A stretch of 43,679 nucleotides of DNA from a virus (taxonomy: Duplodnaviria; Heunggongvirae; Uroviricota; Caudoviricetes), in the IMG/VR virus record IMGVR_UViG_2711768009_000009. One strand, 5' to 3'. Made by a program: the position numbers and the translations under genes. The notes below the pieces were generated by a model that was not told where the DNA came from, did not search any database, and was given only the letters and a program-made list of their open reading frames with translations. Shown one piece after another: positions 8,845 through 18,572 of the stretch. Each line of letters starts with the position of its first letter. The first letter of the stretch is position 1.

Positions 8845-9411
8845 TCACGGTACTTTTGGTGACGGAGCTGGTGAGGCAGGAAAATAACGATAAAGGGTGG
8901 AAAGGCCAATATCAAATATCAGTGCGATTTGTTTACGGGACTCGCCATTAGCCAGCAAACGGGCGATTTGCTCCCGCTCTTTCTCTGTCAGTTTCTGAGG
9001 TCTGCCGCCATGACGCCCCTGAGCACGGGCAGCAGCAAGACCCGCGCGTGTACGTTCAATAATGAGTTCCCGCTCCATTTCCGCCAGCGCGCCCATTATA
9101 TGGAAAAAGAAACGTCCCATGGGAGTGGATGTATCAATATTGTCCGTAATGCTGCGGAAGTTAACGCCGCGTTGCCGGAGTTCTTCTGTTAAAAGGACAA
9201 GGTGCTGCATACTGCGTCCAAGGCGATCCAGTTTCCAGACCAGCAGGGTATCCCCTGGCCGGAGTCGCTTTAATGCGCGTTTAAGTCCGGGACGCTCCCT
9301 TGTCTTACCGCTTATTCTGTCTTCGAAAAACAGCTCACATCCTGCACATTCCAGCGCATTTCTTTGTAGCGCCGTATTCTGGTCATTTGTTGACACCCTG
9401 ATATACCCAAT
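8845..9411 (-). CDS. gin: Gin/Hin/Pin-family serine DNA invertase (188 resolved codons; start codon lies in the adjacent N-run)
   Basis: IGYIRVSTNDQNTALQRNALECAGCE...VWKLDRLGRSMQHLV...MGRFFFHIMGALAEMERELIIERT... is a near-canonical Gin sequence with the catalytic Ser motif. Confidence 0.9.
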   Translation of the reverse strand: MGYIRVSTNDQNTALQRNALECAGCELFFEDRISGKTRERPGLKRALKRLRPGDTLLVWKLDRLGRSMQHLVLLTEELRQRGVNFRSITDNIDTSTPMGRFFFHIMGALAEMERELIIERTRAGLAAARAQGRHGGRPQKLTEKEREQIARLLANGESRKQIALIFDIGLSTLYRYFPASPAPSPKVP

Positions 9412-9668
9412 NNNNNNNNNNNNNNNNNNNNNNNNNNNNNNNNNNNNNNNNNNNNNNNNNNNNNNNNNNNNNNNNNNNNNNNNNNNNNNNNNNNNNNNNN
9501 NNNNNNNNNNNNNNNNNNNNNNNNNNNNNNNNNNNNNNNNNNNNNNNNNNNNNNNNNNNNNNNNNNNNNNNNNNNNNNNNNNNNNNNNNNNNNNNNNNNN
9601 NNNNNNNNNNNNNNNNNNNNNNNNNNNNNNNNNNNNNNNNNNNNNNNNNNNNNNNNNNNNNNNNNNNN
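9412..9668. other. Unresolved sequence (257 N) at the expected gin-proximal inversion crossover site
   Basis: N-run directly upstream of gin and adjacent to the alternative tail-fibre segment. Confidence 0.9.
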
Positions 9669-9871
9669 CCGCCATAAGACTGGGGTCGGTGACCGCACAT
9701 ATGCCCGGAACATGGGAAAGCTGGGATCTGAATCTGGGGGGCGGCAATGTTCTTACCGGAATTAAAGTACAGGATGTCGGTAAGAATACGGCAGATAACG
9801 TCGGCGGCGTGTATTACCGGCCGTTGCAGTATCTGTTAAATGGAGCATGGGTGACGGCTGCAAGTATATAA
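9669..9871 (+). CDS. Alternative tail-fibre C-terminal segment (S'v-like), 66 resolved codons on the opposite strand; silent in this orientation
   Basis: Post-gap part of ORF 9062..9871; ends ...NVGGVYYRPLQYLLNGAWVTAASI*; convergent with the S/U genes, as expected for the second variable cassette of an invertible segment. Confidence 0.4.
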
Positions 9872-9879
9872 TGATATTC

Positions 9880-9899
9880 AGAAGGCCTTCCGGCCTTCT
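9880..9899. terminator. Hairpin between convergent S'v fragment and tail fibre assembly gene (stem AGAAGGCC/GGCCTTCT, loop TTCC), T-rich on the plus side
   Basis: Perfect 8-bp stem with 4-nt loop, followed by TTATTACTG on the plus strand. Confidence 0.5.
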
Positions 9900-9902
9900 T
9901 TA

Positions 9903-10424
9903 TTACTGTGGCTGCTCAGGCCATTTAATGGCGTTAAATTCAGCTTCTGTTTTAATGGCGGGTAGTTCCATTTTCTTCACCTGACTGATGTATGCCATCC
10001 ATTGGGTAAGTGCTGCTCTGTCTTCATCGCTGATGGTGCCCAGTTGTAGCTCCGTTCTCCAGTCATTAATTTTTTCATATGCCTGATTAAGATATGACTG
10101 GCGCATTGCTTCCAGTTTTCTTGCGTAGTTAACCGGAATACGGGAGATTATGCCATTATCAAACTTCCAGTTTCCTGAAATATCCGTGCCTTCAGGGAGT
10201 TCATCGACCTCAACCACAGAAAACCCCGCAGGATACAGCGCCGAGGCGTCCTGTGATATTGAGCAGATAACGCCGCTGTCAGGTGTTATGCAAAGTTTAT
10301 ATTTTTTGGTGAATAATGGCAGGGATTCGTAGAAATCCTTACCATCTTCACTCTGGAAATACTGAACATTATTACCATATGGCATATTTTCAGGATAATA
10401 ACGGGTTATATTTTTTAGTTCCAT
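9903..10424 (-). CDS. Tail fibre assembly protein (Mu U-like), 173 aa
   Basis: ORF track; immediately downstream of the tail fibre gene; GGAGG RBS; size and position as for Mu U. Confidence 0.75.
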   Translation of the reverse strand: MELKNITRYYPENMPYGNNVQYFQSEDGKDFYESLPLFTKKYKLCITPDSGVICSISQDASALYPAGFSVVEVDELPEGTDISGNWKFDNGIISRIPVNYARKLEAMRQSYLNQAYEKINDWRTELQLGTISDEDRAALTQWMAYISQVKKMELPAIKTEAEFNAIKWPEQPQ

Positions 10425-10475
10425 AAAATCCTCCTGGAAATAAATCTGTTTTAAAATATATTATTTACTGACTAT

Positions 10476-11392
10476 TTATAACTGAGATACCGTAATCCAT
10501 GTACCTCCGACTAATTTTTGCAGGGGTCTGAATGCTATAAAATCGTTTGAAGCATCAACTTTACTGTCAATCTGCAGGCCTGCCATAACATTACCGTACG
10601 CAGAGTAATATGCCCCACCGTACATTACCTGCCTGTTCTCTGCTCCCAGCCTGATATCCTGGATATATCGGGAATCCGCATCCTGCTGTGTTATACCAGA
10701 AGTGATGTTTATGTCCTGCGTCCCGTCAAAGGGAACCCCATTAATATTTCTTGGGGTGGCGAGTCTATTCGCGGCAACGGCGGTGCCGTCCGATGGCAGN
10801 NNNNNNNNNNNNNNNNNNNNNNNNNNNNNNNNNNNNNNNNNNNNNNNNNNNNNNNNNNNNNNNNNNNNNNNNNNNNNNNNNNNNNNNNNNNNNNNNNNNN
10901 NNNNNNNNNNNNNNNNNNNNNNNNNNNNNNNNNNNNNNNNNNNNNNNNNNNNNNNNNNNNNNNNNNNNNNNNNNNNNNNNNNNNNNNNNNNNNNNNNNNN
11001 NNNNNNNNNNNNNNNNNNNNNNNNNNNNNNGCGGGACCAAGACTGTTTTTTGTGGCAAGCGTCCCCAGACCAAGATAACCACGGGCCAGACGCTGGGCCT
11101 CCGCACCGGCATCAGCAATTTCTTTCAGGTTATTTTTCCGGGAAAAGGCATTCGCAGCGATAATGGCTTTAATGGACAGCGTAAGCTGGTTTAACTGCGC
11201 CTTATCCGGCTGAATACTGGCTTCAGCCAGAATATTCAGCAGTTCGGCCTGGAGAATATTCAGCCAGTCCTGACCAATCCAGCTGATACCTTTTTGTCCG
11301 TCACCTTCGGTAAACCAGGTGGTGGTATTACTCTGCGCCGGTGCCAGCGCAGGCATATTCGCCACGCCGGAATTATTATCAACATGAAACAT
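10476..11392 (-). CDS. Tail fibre protein (Mu S-like), interrupted by an N-run; constant N-terminal part 11031-11392, variable C-terminal part 10476-10799 in a different apparent frame
   Basis: N-terminal part from ORF track 10709..11392; post-gap frame translates ...AVAANRLATPRNINGVPFDGTQDINITSG...GTWITVSQL*, a tail-fibre-like repeat region ending 50 bp before the U-like gene. Confidence 0.7.
10800..11030. other. Unresolved sequence (231 N) inside the tail fibre gene at the expected constant/variable junction
   Basis: N-run; reading frame before and after is not continuous for this length, so the gap length is probably arbitrary. Confidence 0.85.
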
Positions 11393-11952
11393 TAAATAGT
11401 CTCCTCTTCATGGCTGTTTGCATAAACGTAAATAAACGTCTGCCATGCAGGCTTATAACGGTTCAGAATACATTCCAGCGCACCGCCTTCATAAATACGC
11501 AGCGGCGTGAGAATATCATCCAGCACATTCATATTCCGGTAGCCGGTTTCACTGTTAATCGTGACAATACTGACCCACTGCGAATCCGGTGAGGGCTGAA
11601 TGTCAATCTGATAACCAAACTCCGCCGCAAACCGGATATAAAATTCACGGTTCAGCGAGGGCTTCATCCGGTATTTATTTCCGGCATAACGCTGTCGCTC
11701 CGTGAGGGTGGCTCCGGCCATATCACACTCGGGAAGCCCGAGATAACGCTCCCAGTCTTCCAGCAGCAGGCGCGACGTGTCAGGGAAACGCTCGGCAAGC
11801 AGCTGTTTACCCGTCCAGGATACACGCGCTGTCGAATGACTGAGGCCCAGACATAATGATGCCAGTACGGATGACGGACGCTTGTCCCATGCCAGCCCGT
11901 CAGGCAGTAACTGCAACAGGGCGCGCTGATGCGGGGTCAGGGTTACAGCCAT
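11392..11952 (-). CDS. Baseplate/tail protein, Mu gp48-like (186 aa)
   Basis: ORF track; position between baseplate J-like protein and tail fibre. Confidence 0.6.
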   Translation of the reverse strand: MAVTLTPHQRALLQLLPDGLAWDKRPSSVLASLCLGLSHSTARVSWTGKQLLAERFPDTSRLLLEDWERYLGLPECDMAGATLTERQRYAGNKYRMKPSLNREFYIRFAAEFGYQIDIQPSPDSQWVSIVTINSETGYRNMNVLDDILTPLRIYEGGALECILNRYKPAWQTFIYVYANSHEEETI

Positions 11953-13025
11953 GTGATTTCTCCTACCGTCAGCAGCTCACTGTCTCCCGCCTGAACTGAC
12001 GTCAGCGGACTGCGCACTTCAAAATCCTCCAGATTTTTCACCCCTGCCACCGCCCGCCAGAAAGACGACGGCAGAACCAGACCGCCGGGCCGGGATTCGT
12101 TATACAACAGGTCGGTCAGCGCCTGTTTTACGGCCGCCTGATTCTCCGGTGTTTTCGGGATGATCCTGATGCTGAAGGGCACCGGCTTATTGGTCAGTTT
12201 AAACACGGTCACCGTCGGCCCCAGAGGCTGTCCGACAGGCTGGCCGGTCGCCGGATCATCATGACTGCGGATATAATCCGCCACCCGCTGAACATCACCG
12301 TCACCGGGGAAAATATCCGGGTTATTATCCTGAACAAACGTTACCCCCACGCTGCCCGCCTGCGGCCATTCCGGGCGGCACCATGCCCGCGTCACGCCCG
12401 GCACTTCACGCGCCCAGCGTTCAAAATCATACTGCGTGCCGCCGGACGGTGGATTCTGCACCCGGAAAACCAGACGGGAAAGCAGCTCCGGCACGGTTTC
12501 CACATCCGCACCACCGGTGATCCCCGTTCCGGTCACCGTGGCCGTCTGGTTGATCCCCGCCTGCGGTGTGATAAATGTCAGTTTTGTCCCTGCCGGGGCA
12601 TTCCCCGCACGACCGGCACTTTCGGCTTCCACACTGACATTCAGCGTACCGGCCTTACCGGTCAGGGAGGTGGTGATACGGTAAACCACGCCATCACTTC
12701 GCTGGAGAAGCACACCTTCCTTGATCCCCGCATCCGTGGTCAGCATCAGCTGAACCGGCCCGTCCCCCCGAGAGGCAGGCTTACGCATGACGCCCCAGAA
12801 TGCACAGTGTTTCAGCAGTTCGGCTTCATCGGCTTCGGTCGGGATGATCTGACGCGCAATCCAGGCCAGATGCTCATGCTCCTGAGCAGATAACCCTGCC
12901 TGAGCGTAAGCAATGGCATTCAGGGTGGTTTCATTCACACCCGGCTGCGAGCCGGGCAGGCGCTGGCTGATATCCTGCTGTGTCTGCGTGATTAACTGTG
13001 CCAGCGGTAAAGGCTGATAAGGCAT
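11943..13025 (-). CDS. Baseplate J-like protein, Mu gp47-like (360 aa)
   Basis: ORF track; size and position in the Mu baseplate module. Confidence 0.7.
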   Translation of the reverse strand: MPYQPLPLAQLITQTQQDISQRLPGSQPGVNETTLNAIAYAQAGLSAQEHEHLAWIARQIIPTEADEAELLKHCAFWGVMRKPASRGDGPVQLMLTTDAGIKEGVLLQRSDGVVYRITTSLTGKAGTLNVSVEAESAGRAGNAPAGTKLTFITPQAGINQTATVTGTGITGGADVETVPELLSRLVFRVQNPPSGGTQYDFERWAREVPGVTRAWCRPEWPQAGSVGVTFVQDNNPDIFPGDGDVQRVADYIRSHDDPATGQPVGQPLGPTVTVFKLTNKPVPFSIRIIPKTPENQAAVKQALTDLLYNESRPGGLVLPSSFWRAVAGVKNLEDFEVRSPLTSVQAGDSELLTVGEITWL

Positions 13026-13462
13026 TACTCCCCCTTAAGATCAGCATAAAAAATCATGGGCCTCACTGAACCATCAGGCAGGGTTATGCGCACCGAAAGC
13101 GCCAGCCGCGCGTGTCCCACACGTTCTGCATGACAGACCACGGATGACGCCACGCCATCCTGACTGAGCCAGCCCAGCGCCTCATCCGCGTAAGCACGGG
13201 CACGGCTTATCACCGAGGCCAGCGTTTTTTCCCGGCTGAGAAGCCACAGACGGGAGCCAATGGGGCGCGGGCGAAAACTGTCTCCCCACCATCCCCGGCG
13301 GTCGCGCGTACCGTCAGGGATTTCATCCGATGCCAGCGCCCGGCGGTCAGTAAACAGCGAAATCAGAACGGCCGTCAGCAGACTGTCATCCGTCAGCAAG
13401 TCGGCACCGTTCAGTTGCAGCGAACCGCACCCCTGATCCCATACAATTGCAATATCAGCCAT
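13025..13462 (-). CDS. Baseplate protein, Mu gp46-like (145 aa from internal ATG MADIAIVWDQ)
   Basis: ORF track 13025..13606; internal start gives a 4-nt overlap with the upstream gene. Confidence 0.55.
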   Translation of the reverse strand: MADIAIVWDQGCGSLQLNGADLLTDDSLLTAVLISLFTDRRALASDEIPDGTRDRRGWWGDSFRPRPIGSRLWLLSREKTLASVISRARAYADEALGWLSQDGVASSVVCHAERVGHARLALSVRITLPDGSVRPMIFYADLKGE

Positions 13463-14069
13463 TCTCCGGCGCTCCTGTCTTACTGCCTTTGCCGTTATCC
13501 TGATGCACATGGCCGGAATAGGTGATCCCGGCAATAACGGCATCAGACATCGTGAACAGCCCGTCTGATTTACCTGTACCATCAAGCACGAAATTACCCT
13601 TAACATGCAGGTTTTTATCCACCGTCACATTGCCCGTAAAGGTGGCCTCCGGCGTATCCACCCGCATCCCCTCATCGGCGTAAATCTCCAGCATTTTGCA
13701 TGTCACAATAATGCGACCATCCTTTGTTAACCGTATCCGGTGCCCCTCATGGTGATACACCCCCGTATCTCCGGCTGTGAGTCCGGTCGGGCGGCTGCGC
13801 CGGTCTTCCACCACAAGCACCACAGTCTGATCCCGCTGTCCGCCCAGACAGGCAAAAAAGGTTTCCGCACCCGGCAGGGGAACGCTGATCTGCCCGTACT
13901 GCTGGGGACGCTCCACATCATCAAAGGTTTCGCCGTCCATGCCGGTGAGCTGCACATTCTGCATTTTCAGTTCGTCATGTGTGCCGGTCAGAACGCCCCG
14001 GCCAAACAACAGGCGAATACCGCGCGTTACCGGGGCAATCAGGCGGCTGAACACTTCATCATTCATCAA
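13455..14069 (-). CDS. Baseplate assembly/spike protein, Mu gp45-like (204 aa)
   Basis: ORF track; position after P-like gene. Confidence 0.6.
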   Translation of the reverse strand: MMNDEVFSRLIAPVTRGIRLLFGRGVLTGTHDELKMQNVQLTGMDGETFDDVERPQQYGQISVPLPGAETFFACLGGQRDQTVVLVVEDRRSRPTGLTAGDTGVYHHEGHRIRLTKDGRIIVTCKMLEIYADEGMRVDTPEATFTGNVTVDKNLHVKGNFVLDGTGKSDGLFTMSDAVIAGITYSGHVHQDNGKGSKTGAPENG

Positions 14070-15183
14070 AGCTGATCCCCTGTTTTTTCATCTGCTGGCG
14101 AATAAAGGCATCAACATCGTCACCGGAACCACCCCGGCCCTTACTGTCCGGCTCTGCCGGAACGATAAAGCCGTCACGCGGTGCCAGTACCAGCCGGGTG
14201 ACTTCCCCGTTATGTTCATCAAGTAAAAACTCCACCTGACAGACCAGCAGTTCAGTCTGTTCTATACCGAAACGCAGGGCTGAAACACCGGTCAGCAGAT
14301 TGACATCCCATAACCGGCCATCATCCCGGAACCAGCCACGCACGGTGGCAGAAAACCGTTCTGAACGGGCAATCGCACGGCGCATTTCACGCAGGGCACG
14401 CTGCCGTGCACCGGTGGTGTCTGTCTGTTGATCGGCGAGGATGATTTTCGACCGGTAGCGGCCGATCTGCTCATCACTGATGACGCCCACAGGTGCTGCC
14501 AGACGGGCGGCGGATTCGCTGTCTCCCCGTTTGCCACCACCGCGCCCGTGTCCCCGGACACGGTATTCGCTGTATCGTCCTCGCCAGTCCGTGTTGTAAT
14601 CGGCATCAAGCAGGTTATCTCCCAGCACCAGTCTGTCCGTCTGCTGGCTTCCTGCCTGGGTGAACACCAGATCGCCGTCAGCATTACTGGTCACCAGCAC
14701 CCCGCGATGCCGGGCAGCACGGGTCAGCGCATCCGCCACGGTTTCTGAGTTTTCCAGCGTAAAAGAGCTGAAGGGGCGTGCAGCCGTGTCGTCGTTAACC
14801 TGCCAGCGCACGGCTATCCCGAAGGGCGCACATAAATCTGCGGCAATCTGTGCCAGCGTCCGGTTGCGCCACTGGCTGCCGGGATGGATGGCGGCACAGT
14901 CCACCAGGTCGCCGGTTTTATCCCGACCGCTGATGCTGATCTGATGACGGGTTGCACTGATCCGCTGACTGACCTGATCCAGCCAGCCACTGATGACCGT
15001 CTGCCCGTTAATTCTGAGCGTCAGGGACTGACCGGTTCGCAGGGCTGAGGGGATGCGCTCACCGGGCAGCATCAGCCCCAGTTCAAACGACCCGGCCAGA
15101 TGCTCCAGCGAGCGACGGACGCTGACCGTCAGCCAGCCGGAAAAAATACTGCCACCGATATACAGTTCAATCCTGCTGCTCAC
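14059..15183 (-). CDS. Tail/baseplate hub protein, Mu P-like (374 aa)
   Basis: ORF track; size and position as for Mu P. Confidence 0.7.
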   Translation of the reverse strand: MSSRIELYIGGSIFSGWLTVSVRRSLEHLAGSFELGLMLPGERIPSALRTGQSLTLRINGQTVISGWLDQVSQRISATRHQISISGRDKTGDLVDCAAIHPGSQWRNRTLAQIAADLCAPFGIAVRWQVNDDTAARPFSSFTLENSETVADALTRAARHRGVLVTSNADGDLVFTQAGSQQTDRLVLGDNLLDADYNTDWRGRYSEYRVRGHGRGGGKRGDSESAARLAAPVGVISDEQIGRYRSKIILADQQTDTTGARQRALREMRRAIARSERFSATVRGWFRDDGRLWDVNLLTGVSALRFGIEQTELLVCQVEFLLDEHNGEVTRLVLAPRDGFIVPAEPDSKGRGGSGDDVDAFIRQQMKKQGISFDE

Positions 15184-16525
15184 TGATCACCTCCACGCTG
15201 CGGCCACCCGGAACAAAAACCGGATCGGGGATATTGTTTCTGCGGACAAAATACTGCCAGCGACTGCTGTTGCCGGTGGCACGGTACAGCGTGACCAGTG
15301 CCGGTTCGGTGGTGCGAACCATGACCTGAAAAGCACCGGGAAGATGCACGCTCCGTGTGGTTAAATCTTCTGTCAGCGCAAGCCCTGCATCACGTAATGC
15401 AAGGGCAGTCCCGGTATAGCCCTGTGCGGACAGATCCAGCACCTGTTGTTCCATGGCATCGCTCAAATCCCGGTTGATACGCTGCACATCAGCAGAACTT
15501 TCCAGCCAGGCCAGTCCGCCCGAACGGTCAGTATCCTGAACGTGCGTCGTATTCTGCCGGATGACCTGATCCAGCAGTTTTCCGAGCGTCTGTGCCTGCG
15601 ACACCAGGGTTGCACTCTGCATCACGCTCCGCAGCAGACGGATATTTTTCTGTGCCGCAGGCGTCAGGCCAATCAGGCGCTGTGGATCATCCTGTTCGCT
15701 GAGGGTGTAACGCAGGGAGGAAAGTGTGCGGTACAGCTGCGGCATGGCCTGCTCTGCCATGCTGTCACGGTTTGTGGTCAGGCTGCCGGACGGCGTTCCG
15801 GCTTTTCCGGTCAGAGACAGGGAAGGATCGCCGGGCAGCCCGGTCAGCACGGCAAACATTCCGGCCAGCGATTCAGCCATGCGACGGGGCGCATTAATCA
15901 GGGCGGCGGCATTGCCTTTCAGGGCAGTAAAACTGGCCGTAAAGGCACTGATATCCTGCACAATCCCCATCCCCGAAACGGCATTCTCCAGTGCATCAAT
16001 CTTATCGCTGATGGTGTCGGTCATGGCCTGTACATCATGCAGACCGTCTGAAATCACCGTCCAGCCGTCTGAAAGCGTGTTAAACAGCTGATTCATTGCT
16101 GAGCCGCTTTTCTGCTCCAGCGCAGCTGCCGTATCTTCTGCCACCGCAGGGGCGGTATCGTCACTGGCGGGGATCACGTTGATCGTGAACTCAACCGTTC
16201 CCTGCTCGCTGGCGTTATAACGGCTTTCAAAGCTGTTTATCAGCACGTTTAACGTGCCGTAATCCGGGTGCATCAGTTCACCGGCACCGGGTGCACGCAG
16301 CGCATCACGCAGGCGGCTTCGCTGTGTCTGAAGATCGTCTCCGGTCACCAGAACCGTGAATGTGAACTCCGGGAGTTTTGGCCCCAGATCATCCGCACCG
16401 CCGCTTTCACGCAGTGGGTATTCACGGCGCACAATGTTACGTCCGCCCCGTTCCCGCTGCTCCTGATAAACCAGGAACGGTACGCCACGAAAGGAGCCAC
16501 GCCCCGGCGTGTCAGTAGAGGCCAT
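15167..16525 (-). CDS. Mu N-like protein (DNA circularisation protein), 452 aa
   Basis: ORF track; follows the tape measure gene as in Mu. Confidence 0.65.
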   Translation of the reverse strand: MASTDTPGRGSFRGVPFLVYQEQRERGGRNIVRREYPLRESGGADDLGPKLPEFTFTVLVTGDDLQTQRSRLRDALRAPGAGELMHPDYGTLNVLINSFESRYNASEQGTVEFTINVIPASDDTAPAVAEDTAAALEQKSGSAMNQLFNTLSDGWTVISDGLHDVQAMTDTISDKIDALENAVSGMGIVQDISAFTASFTALKGNAAALINAPRRMAESLAGMFAVLTGLPGDPSLSLTGKAGTPSGSLTTNRDSMAEQAMPQLYRTLSSLRYTLSEQDDPQRLIGLTPAAQKNIRLLRSVMQSATLVSQAQTLGKLLDQVIRQNTTHVQDTDRSGGLAWLESSADVQRINRDLSDAMEQQVLDLSAQGYTGTALALRDAGLALTEDLTTRSVHLPGAFQVMVRTTEPALVTLYRATGNSSRWQYFVRRNNIPDPVFVPGGRSVEVISEQQD

Positions 16526-18569
16526 AGTTCCCTCCGTTCCAGACGTTCACATCCAGGCCATGCTGTGCGGTATCATCCACATCAATACTGCGCGCCCGCC
16601 AGCCTTCAGGGGCAACAAGCTCCACCCGTGCGGCGGTTTTCGCGGTGGCCTGTCCGCCGTTTTCGTCACTGCCGCCACGCAGTTTCTGCCAGGCCTGCGT
16701 CAGCCAGCCCCCCAGATAATCACCGAGATAGCTGCCCACCGTGGAACCAATGGCAACCCCGACCGGACCGGCAGCCGCCCCCAGCGCGCCACCGGCGATA
16801 CTTCCGGCAAGGGAACCCACGGCACCGGCTTTATCGGCTGCACTGGCGCTGCTGTCCAGCAGTACAGGAGCCGCCATGGCACCGGCCCACAGGGCACCAC
16901 CACCCAGCCGACCGGCACCACGGAACAGCCCGGCAAAACGCCCCAGCCCCATGCGGTTTCCGGCCGCCGTTAGCAGACCACCGGCACGGCTCATCATACG
17001 ACCGAAGAAGCCCTGTTTACCGGCACTCTCCGCCAGTTGCTCACCGGCAGTCACGACGGTCGTGACACCCCGTCCACGTCCGGGGCCGCGTTTTTTACGG
17101 CCGCGCACGGTTTTGCCGTCACCGCTGACCACCACATCCCCGCCACCTGAGGCCAGGCCACCCGCAGGCCAATTGGTGACCAGCACGGGCTGAACGGCAG
17201 CCGGATTTACCCCGGTAAGGAAATTCAGGAACCGGCCAGCGCGTCCGGGCTGCGTTCCCGGTACAGTGGTCTGCGGTTTGCGGAAGGGCGACGTCAGCAC
17301 GGAGGTCATCGCCATGCCATAGCGTAAGGGGGTTGCGCCGAGACGTAATGCCCCCGTCCCCGCAAACCTGAGCACCTTCAGCGCACGGGAGGCGAGATAC
17401 ATATACATCAGGTACTTTGCGGCGGTCTGCGCACCCTGACCAATGCGATCCAGCGCATCGCCATAACCGGCGTCGCGCAGTGCCTGAAGCGTTTCCCTGA
17501 CTTTCTGAATGACCCGGTAAAAGCCGGTCGCAGCGTCTCTGGCATACTCAAATCCCTGATTCAGGGCTGAGGCCGTCTGTGTGGCCAGCTTATCCTGTAA
17601 GCCGCTTTTCTGTGCCGCATCAGCATAATCCAGAAAGCCTTTCAGGCTCTTTTTCAGGCTGTCAAACGGTCCCTTTGCCATCACCTCGCGGGCAAATCCG
17701 TCCCAGACATCGCCCATCATGGACGTCATTCCCGTCCAGGAATTCATGGCGTTTTTCTGGGCACCTTTTGCCTGTTCGGCCATCACCTGAAATAACAGGC
17801 GAATGCTGTCCGGTCCCAGTTTTCCTTTCTCGCCTTTCTCACGGATGATCTTCTGGTTTACACCCAGCTTATCGGCCAGCAACTGGTAAACGTTAATCCC
17901 GTATCCGGTCAGAATATTGGCGTCCGCTGCCTGGATACTCTGGCGGGCAAACATCTGTTTGAGTTGCAGGGACGCACCCTGTGCATCTGACAGTGACCAG
18001 CCGTGATAGCCGCCCTGATCCTGAAGCATGGTAATAAAGCGACGGGCTTCCCTGTCACTCATACCGAACCCGCGACTGGAGGCGTATTCCTGCATAACCC
18101 CCGCCAGCCCCCAGGTGGTGTCTTTGGCGTTCTGTACCGCCCAGGCTTTCACTGCTTCCGTTTTTGCCGTATCGCCATGATTAATGGCGTTGAGACGCAG
18201 AATATAGTTCTCCATCTCTGCGGCCGGGCGGATAAAGGCTTTATTAAACCCGTAGACCGCAGCCCCTCCCGCCAGCATCCCGTAAAGGTTGCTTATCCGC
18301 CCGATGGTGCCGGTAATGCTGCCCTGAAGGCGGTCAAAATCTGACGTCACCGTGCGGATACTGCCACGAACACCGGCAAGCGTTCGCTGCATACGGGAGC
18401 CGACAAGTTCTGTCTCCTGACCGGCACGACGTGCTGCATTTCCAAGACCACCCAGCCCCGTCCTGCCGGAACGGGAGAATGCCCCCAGCTCCTGTGACCA
18501 CTGGCGGGATTTGGCAGAAATATTGCCGAGTAAATCGACAATCAGGGAGGCTTTCAGGTTTTTTGCCAT
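16512..18569 (-). CDS. Tail tape measure protein (685 aa)
   Basis: ORF track; long Ala/Gly-rich protein between tail chaperone and N-like gene. Confidence 0.8.
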   Translation of the reverse strand: MAKNLKASLIVDLLGNISAKSRQWSQELGAFSRSGRTGLGGLGNAARRAGQETELVGSRMQRTLAGVRGSIRTVTSDFDRLQGSITGTIGRISNLYGMLAGGAAVYGFNKAFIRPAAEMENYILRLNAINHGDTAKTEAVKAWAVQNAKDTTWGLAGVMQEYASSRGFGMSDREARRFITMLQDQGGYHGWSLSDAQGASLQLKQMFARQSIQAADANILTGYGINVYQLLADKLGVNQKIIREKGEKGKLGPDSIRLLFQVMAEQAKGAQKNAMNSWTGMTSMMGDVWDGFAREVMAKGPFDSLKKSLKGFLDYADAAQKSGLQDKLATQTASALNQGFEYARDAATGFYRVIQKVRETLQALRDAGYGDALDRIGQGAQTAAKYLMYMYLASRALKVLRFAGTGALRLGATPLRYGMAMTSVLTSPFRKPQTTVPGTQPGRAGRFLNFLTGVNPAAVQPVLVTNWPAGGLASGGGDVVVSGDGKTVRGRKKRGPGRGRGVTTVVTAGEQLAESAGKQGFFGRMMSRAGGLLTAAGNRMGLGRFAGLFRGAGRLGGGALWAGAMAAPVLLDSSASAADKAGAVGSLAGSIAGGALGAAAGPVGVAIGSTVGSYLGDYLGGWLTQAWQKLRGGSDENGGQATAKTAARVELVAPEGWRARSIDVDDTAQHGLDVNVWNGGNYGLY

Positions 18570-18572
18570 GGG

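Noticed and set aside
9412-11030. N-runs as real biological features, or the long X-containing ORFs (8845..9747, 9062..9871, 10702..11163, 10709..11392) as real full-length proteins
   Set aside because: N-runs are unresolved sequence; frames across them are arbitrary and out of register with the flanking genes, so only the resolved flanking parts were interpreted
12261-17193. Long plus-strand ORFs in the tail region (e.g. 12261..12893, 15446..16051, 16268..17065, 16741..17193) and similar antisense ORFs elsewhere (23675..24238, 27910..28509, 30457..31077, 40627..41145)
   Set aside because: They lie antisense to clearly recognisable Mu structural or transposition genes in GC-rich DNA, where long accidental open frames are common; they have Pro/Arg-rich low-complexity translations and no independent signals
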